Source: the human T2T-CHM13v2.0 reference genome, Homo sapiens. Taken from it: a stretch of 64,000 nucleotides of DNA. The stretch lies in the NCBI RefSeq assembly GCF_009914755.1, contig NC_060932.1; one strand, written 5' to 3'. A program made the translations under genes and the position numbers. Below the pieces are notes generated by a model. The model had not been told where the DNA came from. It saw only the letters and a program-made list of their open reading frames with translations, and ran no database searches. Positions 56,851-64,000 of the stretch are shown here, one piece after another (position 1 is the first letter of the stretch; each line of letters starts with the position of its first letter).

Positions 56851-58019
56851 TTATCTGCAGACTAGAGCTCTTGGGCAGCTCTGACATTTACCAGTTGCAT
56901 GATGGTGGATAGGTCATTTACTGTGAGCTGACTTCTCTGTAAAATGGAGAGAAGCCCCCTGCTCCTGTAAGTCACTGTGAACACATGGCAGATGCATTCC
57001 TTTCACTGGGGAATCTCCTCCTCTCTCGTGCAGATTTTAAGCCTCTGGCTGATACTTTTACCCAATATTCCCATTTGCTTTAAGGGTCAAACGCTGAAAT
57101 TTTTAACAGAGACAAACTTGCTGTTCCTTGTTTCTTCCTCTTGTTTTGGGGACAGTCTCGCTGGATCTGCTTCTGACTGTCTGTGAAGGTACCGTGGAGG
57201 CGGTCCCAGCCTTTCTTAGCAAGGCTGGCCAGTGATTGAGAGACTGGTGTGCTATAATTATGAGAGTGAATTGGGGATAGAATCGACCCCCAGGACAGGC
57301 AGAATCTTCCAGTGGCATCTGAAGATTTTGTAGTAAGAGTAATTTGCCAAGAGGAAGCCAAACTTGGGTTCAGCACCGGTCGGGCCCGGTGATCCTTGTG
57401 CAGGCTCTTCAGGGTTCCGTAATCTTGTTTTTTCCTCCCAGTAAAATGGGGATAATAAAACTCATCTTGTGTTTCCATTTGGCTTGCATGAGGGTGACAG
57501 GAGACTGTGAATGAAAAGCTGAAAACGTAAGGTAATTTAGGCTCCTGGGATTGTCGGCTCTCCTTGATAAATGCCCATTTGGCGGTGCTCTTGTTATCTT
57601 GAAGAACGGCCAACTTCACTCTGATCTGCGTTAAACTCCCACATTGCCAGGCACGATCCTCATTGCCTTGAAAGCAGTAAAGCGGTTGGGTAGAAGATGC
57701 TATTTTAGGACTTAAAACTGAAAAGCAAAAAAAAAAAAAAAAAAAAAAATCAATGTGAGCATAAAGGGATAATTTAACAGGATTGTACTCATGAGGGAAG
57801 GGAAGAGATACTGTATATTAACTTCTAGTTGAGTGGAACTTGACATTTATGCAGCAAGTTAAGTCACCACAACTGAAAAGTTAATAGCCCTATTATCACC
57901 AAGTAGGGAAAGAGAGAGAGGTTAAGGGAAAAATACTCTTGTTTTGGACTGACAGAATCTTGGCCTGGATATTGGGGGATGTGTCGTTGTGAATTTTCTC
58001 TTCTCCCTGAGGAGCAGAG

Positions 58020-58220
58020 ACTTAATATATTTGTAGAGCACTTTATACGTTCGAAGTCCAAACAGTCTCTCATTTGATCTTTGCCAACCTTTTAATGCAG
58101 GACAGACAGGTGTTAACTATCCCCACTTCGCAGATGAGAACACTGAGGCTCAGTGAGATTAAGTCACATACCTACAAGTCACAGAATGAGGCAGAAATCA
58201 CTTGTTTCTTTGGTTCCCAT
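58020..58220 (-). mobile_element. MIR
   Basis: cccacttcgcagatgagaacactgaggctcagtgagattaagt. Confidence 0.7.
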
Positions 58221-58716
58221 TCCTGGCACCAAAACCGAAACACCCAGCCTGTAATTAGAATTTCATAGAATCTGACGAGGCTAAATGTCTTCCTGTCCAA
58301 CATCTCACCCAATGCAAGAATCCTCACTACCAGGCACATAGCAGGTGGTGTTCCGAATCGGCAGGAAGATGTATATTAACAAAGAACTCACTACTTTATG
58401 AGACAGATCATTCTATTTTTTTTACGTCTGTAAATGTTGAGGGAGTTTTGATGAAATGAAAACAAAAATCTCTCTCCTGGTAATGTTTACCCATCAGTCA
58501 GTGGTACATTAAATGTTGAAGCCGGAACAGATCTTAGAAATGATGCAATGATGGCTCAGGTCTAAGTGATGGGGTTACCATGAGTGGGTGGGTGAGCTCA
58601 GGGCTCTGCCTGCCAGTCTGGTCCTCTTAGCCCGACTACACCAGGTTAGTTCTGCCCACCTGAGCAACCTTGATGAGCCTACTTTCCACCTGCAGAGATT
58701 TGAAAATCACAATCCA

Positions 58717-59045
58717 GGCTGGGCGCAGTGGCTCATGTCTGTAATCCCAGCACTTTGGGAGGCCGAGGTGGGTGGATCACTTGAGGTCAGGAGTTCAAGA
58801 CCAGCATGATGAAACCCCATCTCTACTACTACTTAAAAAAAAAAAAAAAAAAAAAAGCCTGGTATGGCAGCACGGGCCTGTAGTCCCAGCTACTCAGGAG
58901 GCTGAGGCACGAGAATCACTTGAACCAGCATGGTGGAGATTGCAGTGAGCTGAGATTGCGCTACTGCACTCCAGCCTGGGCAAAAGGGCAAGACTCAGTC
59001 TCAAAAGATAATAATAGTAAGTAAAATAAAATAAAAAAATAAAGA
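58717..59045 (+). mobile_element. Alu (S-type) with expanded middle A-tract
   Basis: Dimer; A23 in the linker. Confidence 0.92.
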
Positions 59046-59079
59046 AAACCACAACCCAGTCTACCTTTTTAAAAAAAAA

Positions 59080-59872
<793 letters not shown>

Positions 59873-60852
59873 AATCCCGTCTACTGCAGTTTCCTCCTGT
59901 CAAGTTTAGTGTTTCCACTTGACTTCATCCTTATTGTGTGATGTGATTTTCTTATTCATTCAACAAGTACTTCTGGAGAACCAACTCTGCTCAACGTGTG
60001 CTACATGCCAGGAACAGAGTAGCAAACTTTCAGGTGTGTCCTTGTCTTCATGAAGCTTACAGTCTGGTGGGGAATGTAGTCATTGAACAAATAAAATAAG
60101 ATGTGGTGAATGTAATGCTGGAGGAGATTAGGCAAGGCAAGTGTTATGCTGTTGGAGGGACAGGGACATCTAGAAGCCATATTAGGGAAGGCACCCAATC
60201 TGTGCTGCTACTAACCATCCTTGTTGCTTATGTACCCACATGCCATCTCGTTAAGGTCTTTTTAATGTGTGGGCCCCTGAAAAGGTTGTATCAATTCAAA
60301 TATTTGTTCAAGGCAGAGAGCAGCCATTCTCTCCTTCTTTCTCTTTTTGCACACACTATACTTTTGTTAAGGCATGTTAAGGCTGAGTTTGCATTTTCCC
60401 CAGATACACGGTATTGCTGGCTTCTAGTAGCTTGAGCTCACCTAAAATCTATGTGATCTACTGTCCAGTCAGATCTGATCTGTTTAATGTTTTTAGTGGC
60501 AATGAAGGAATCGACAATTTACACATATTGTATTTCATCCTTTTGGTTTGGCTCAAGATTCTAGTCTGTAACAATCTCTTCTTGTCTCTGTTCCTGTTAA
60601 CAAAGATATGTTTGCAAGAACTAGAAACATGCTCAGGTTATCTGAGTTCATGGGAGTTTATTGTAAAGACAAGAAAAACTTCTGCAGACTCCCAGTGAGG
60701 GCTCCCAGAGAAAGGACTATTATTCATAAATGAGGAGGTGACCTCAGCAGCTGCAAAAAAGAGAACGGCCTTGGGACCTGTCTACCACTGAAGTATTCTC
60801 CCTCCTTTACCTCTTCTTCCTGCTTTATTCTCTGCTCTTTTTCCTCCTCCTA

Positions 60853-61146
<294 letters not shown>

Positions 61147-61199
61147 CTCTTCCCTCTTCCTTCTCTCTGTGATTTCTATTCATAATTTCTTCCTGTTGC

Positions 61200-61390
61200 C
61201 TTTTCCTTTTTTTTTTTTTCTTTTTCCCTTTATTTTTTTTTAAGAGACAGAATCTCACTCTGTTGCCCAGGCTAGAGTGCAATGGTGTGATCATAGCTCA
61301 CTGCAGCCTCAAATTCCTGGGCTCAAGTGATCTTCTTGCCTCAGCCTCCTGAGTAGCTGGGACTACAGGCATGAACCACCACACCTGGCC
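61200..61390 (-). mobile_element. Alu monomer / right arm
   Basis: Single antisense arm with T tail. Confidence 0.85.
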
Positions 61391-61613
61391 TCTTCCTGTC
61401 ATCTTTTATTTTCCTCTTTCTACTTCTGTACTCTTCTGTCACCTGTATTTGCTGCTTCTGATGCTCAGAAGATCTGAATGAGTCAGCTACCTGTGTTAAG
61501 AATCATGTGTCCATATAGTCCTGGCTATTTGGATCAGGCACTATCTCTGTCCTGATCAGCTATGGACAGGGCTATGGCGTCGTGGGAGAGCTAGCACACT
61601 CACTGGCACATAA

Positions 61614-61834
<221 letters not shown>

Positions 61835-62635
61835 AGAACACAGACTCTTAAATATACTAAAAGTGTCTGAGTGCTTCATAATTAGCTCCTCATCTATACA
61901 GGGATTTAGTTTATTTAAATGTTTGTTTTAAGTTTCTTGGACTTTATCCTTCTGTGTCTCCGTTTCAGACATGGTACCTCCTTTACAAAATAACTAGTTT
62001 TCATGTGTGTGCTGAGAGCCAAAAATCACGATCCCAGCCACTTGTCACTTGAACCAGTAGAGATTTATTACTTTTAATCTAAATGATGCCTGTTATAACA
62101 GGTATGTCTTACGCATCAACAAAGATGTTCCCAAACTTGTGGTGAAATTGGCAGTCACTTGGTGTCTTGCCCTATACCTTATCTTTTTGTCTTTACATTT
62201 AGCCTTTGAAGGATAACCAAAAAGGAAGACTCAGAGCTGGTTCTCTGAAGGGATGGAGATGTACGCATCTGCGGTCCCTGCAGTCAGCTATTCTAAGACC
62301 TGCTTTTTTTGACCGAGCTTTATAGTATCTTTAGGACTCGAAGGCTGCCACTCAAAATCATACCTCACCAAGGGTCCACTGGCTACTCCCTACTTCAAAC
62401 ATGAAATACAATTCGTCTTTGAGTTGCTTGCAAGCCAGGAATGAAGTTGAAGTCAACTAGCGCTAGCCTCCATAAAATCTCCGTTTGGCTATAGACATTA
62501 AAACATGCGTTGAGATCGGTAAAGCGGAAGTTCTTTAAGTATGAAATTTAAGTACGGCTGTGAAATCAATGTGCCCCTATTGTCTATGCTGTGATATTCA
62601 ACGTCCAGAGACTTGTTAGAAAATGCAGCGTCTCT

Positions 62636-62942
62636 GCTAGGTTTGATGGCTCACATCTGTAATCCCAGCACTTTGAGAGGCTGAGGCGGGCGGATTGCTA
62701 GAGGTCAGGAGTTTCCTGAAACTGGTGAAACCCCAACTCTACTAAAAATATAAAAATTAGCTGCACATGGTGGTGCGCTCCTGTAATCTCAGCTACTTGG
62801 GAGGCTGAGACACGAGAACCGCTTAACCCCAGGGTAGGGTGGAAGTGCAGTGAACCAAGATTGCACCAGCCTGGGTGACCCTGCAGCCTGAGTGTCAGAG
62901 CGAGACTCCATCTTAAAAAAAAAAAAAAAAAAAAAGAAAGAA
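62636..62942 (+). mobile_element. Alu (diverged)
   Basis: Dimer with A-tail; TSD-like aaatgca(g/a)c(g/a)tctc. Confidence 0.9.
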
Positions 62943-63011
62943 ATGCAACATCTCATGCACCTCCCCTACCTGTAGAACCAGAAGCTCTGAGGATGGGGCC
63001 ACCAATGTGTG

Positions 63012-63315
63012 TTTTGTTTATTTCTTTCTTTATTTTTGAGACAGTCTTCCTCTGTTACCCAGGATAGAGTGCAGTGACGCAATCATAGCTCTTTGCAGAC
63101 TCAACCTCCCTGTCTCAAACAATCTTTGCCTTAGACTCCTGAGTAACTGGGACCAAAGGCATGCACTGCCATGCCTGTATAATTTTTCTGATTTTTAGTA
63201 GAGATGAGGTCTTGTTATGTTGCCCAGGCTGGTTTCGAACCCCTTAGCTCAAGCAATCCTCCCACCTCAGCTTCCAAAAGTACTGGGATTGCAGGCGTCA
63301 GCCACCATACCTGAC
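63012..63315 (-). mobile_element. Alu (J-type)
   Basis: Diverged antisense dimer. Confidence 0.9.
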
Positions 63316-64000
63316 ACGATCTGTGCTTTACAAGCAGCCTGGATGGTTTTGTGGCACCACTGAAGTTTGAGAATCACTGCTTTTAATCTGAGAAATCAGG
63401 GCCATTTTTACTTTTGCAAATACCACTAATCAAAATAAAGGGTAAAATAAATGTGTTTTGTAGATGTTTATAATAAATTACACAATTGTGTGTGTAAGTT
63501 TATATAGACTTATATATTTGTAATTTCATGTATATATGTACTTATTATACATTGTGTACTATATTAATATAATTCTCATAGGTACATATGTTAGTGTAAG
63601 CACCTGAAATAGACCTTGTGAACTACATGCAGTTTGAAGATGATGGTCTTTTGGGCGTTAAAAAACACCATTTTTTTTTTTTACTTTGCACTCAGAATCA
63701 ATTGATCAATAAGATAAAGAAACAATGGAGGTGCAAGAAAAATCAAAACTCCACATTTATTATTCACAAAGACTAGGTTGGAAAATGTGGTGGAAAATGT
63801 GAGTCTGTGGAAAAGTACCCCAAGAAACCCTCCTGTGAGGAAATGCAAATCAGGAAAGCCACACATCACATGGAAGGAAATATCAAAAACAGGTACAAAG
63901 CATTTCTCCTTAACAAACCCTGGATGCTTAACCCACAGTGTTTAGCCATGAAGCTGAGGGCCAACTAAGAATATGGCTCTCTCCATCAAGGGTGAAGATC

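Larger units (their letters stand above)
62605..63381. mobile_element. MER5A (hAT-Charlie) split by two Alus
   Basis: acttgttagaaaatgca / agaagctctgaggatggggcc / aagtttgagaatcactg. Confidence 0.7.

Overview
Human (primate) genomic DNA, rich in Alu, MIR and L2 elements, with no credible protein-coding exon. The main functional feature is a CpG-island promoter at ~46.3-47.3 kb. It has a CCAAT box and a (GGGGC)7 Sp/KLF array and drives a minus-strand gene whose ~224-nt ATG-free first exon ends at a strong donor (CAG|GTAAGG, 46817). Positions 1-46816 are therefore the start of a long first intron. From memory of gene layout only, this resembles PLEKHA6 exon 1 (1q32.1) with LINC00628 about 9 kb upstream; this is unverified. 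The rest comprises ~30 Alus, L1/L2/MIR relics, a three-LTR cluster (MER21, MER41B with intact tandem GAS sites, MER50), MaLR LTRs, hAT/mariner fossils and a tailless 5S rRNA retropseudogene. The most unusual structures are a 119-bp LTR-like fragment between near-identical 91-bp direct repeats, a MIR-derived 49-bp minisatellite, a template-switch hairpin in an L1, several motif-dense candidate enhancers or alternative first exons, and two low-GC but CpG-undepleted segments. I found no convincing novel coding system. Repeat boundaries and subfamilies are estimated by eye.
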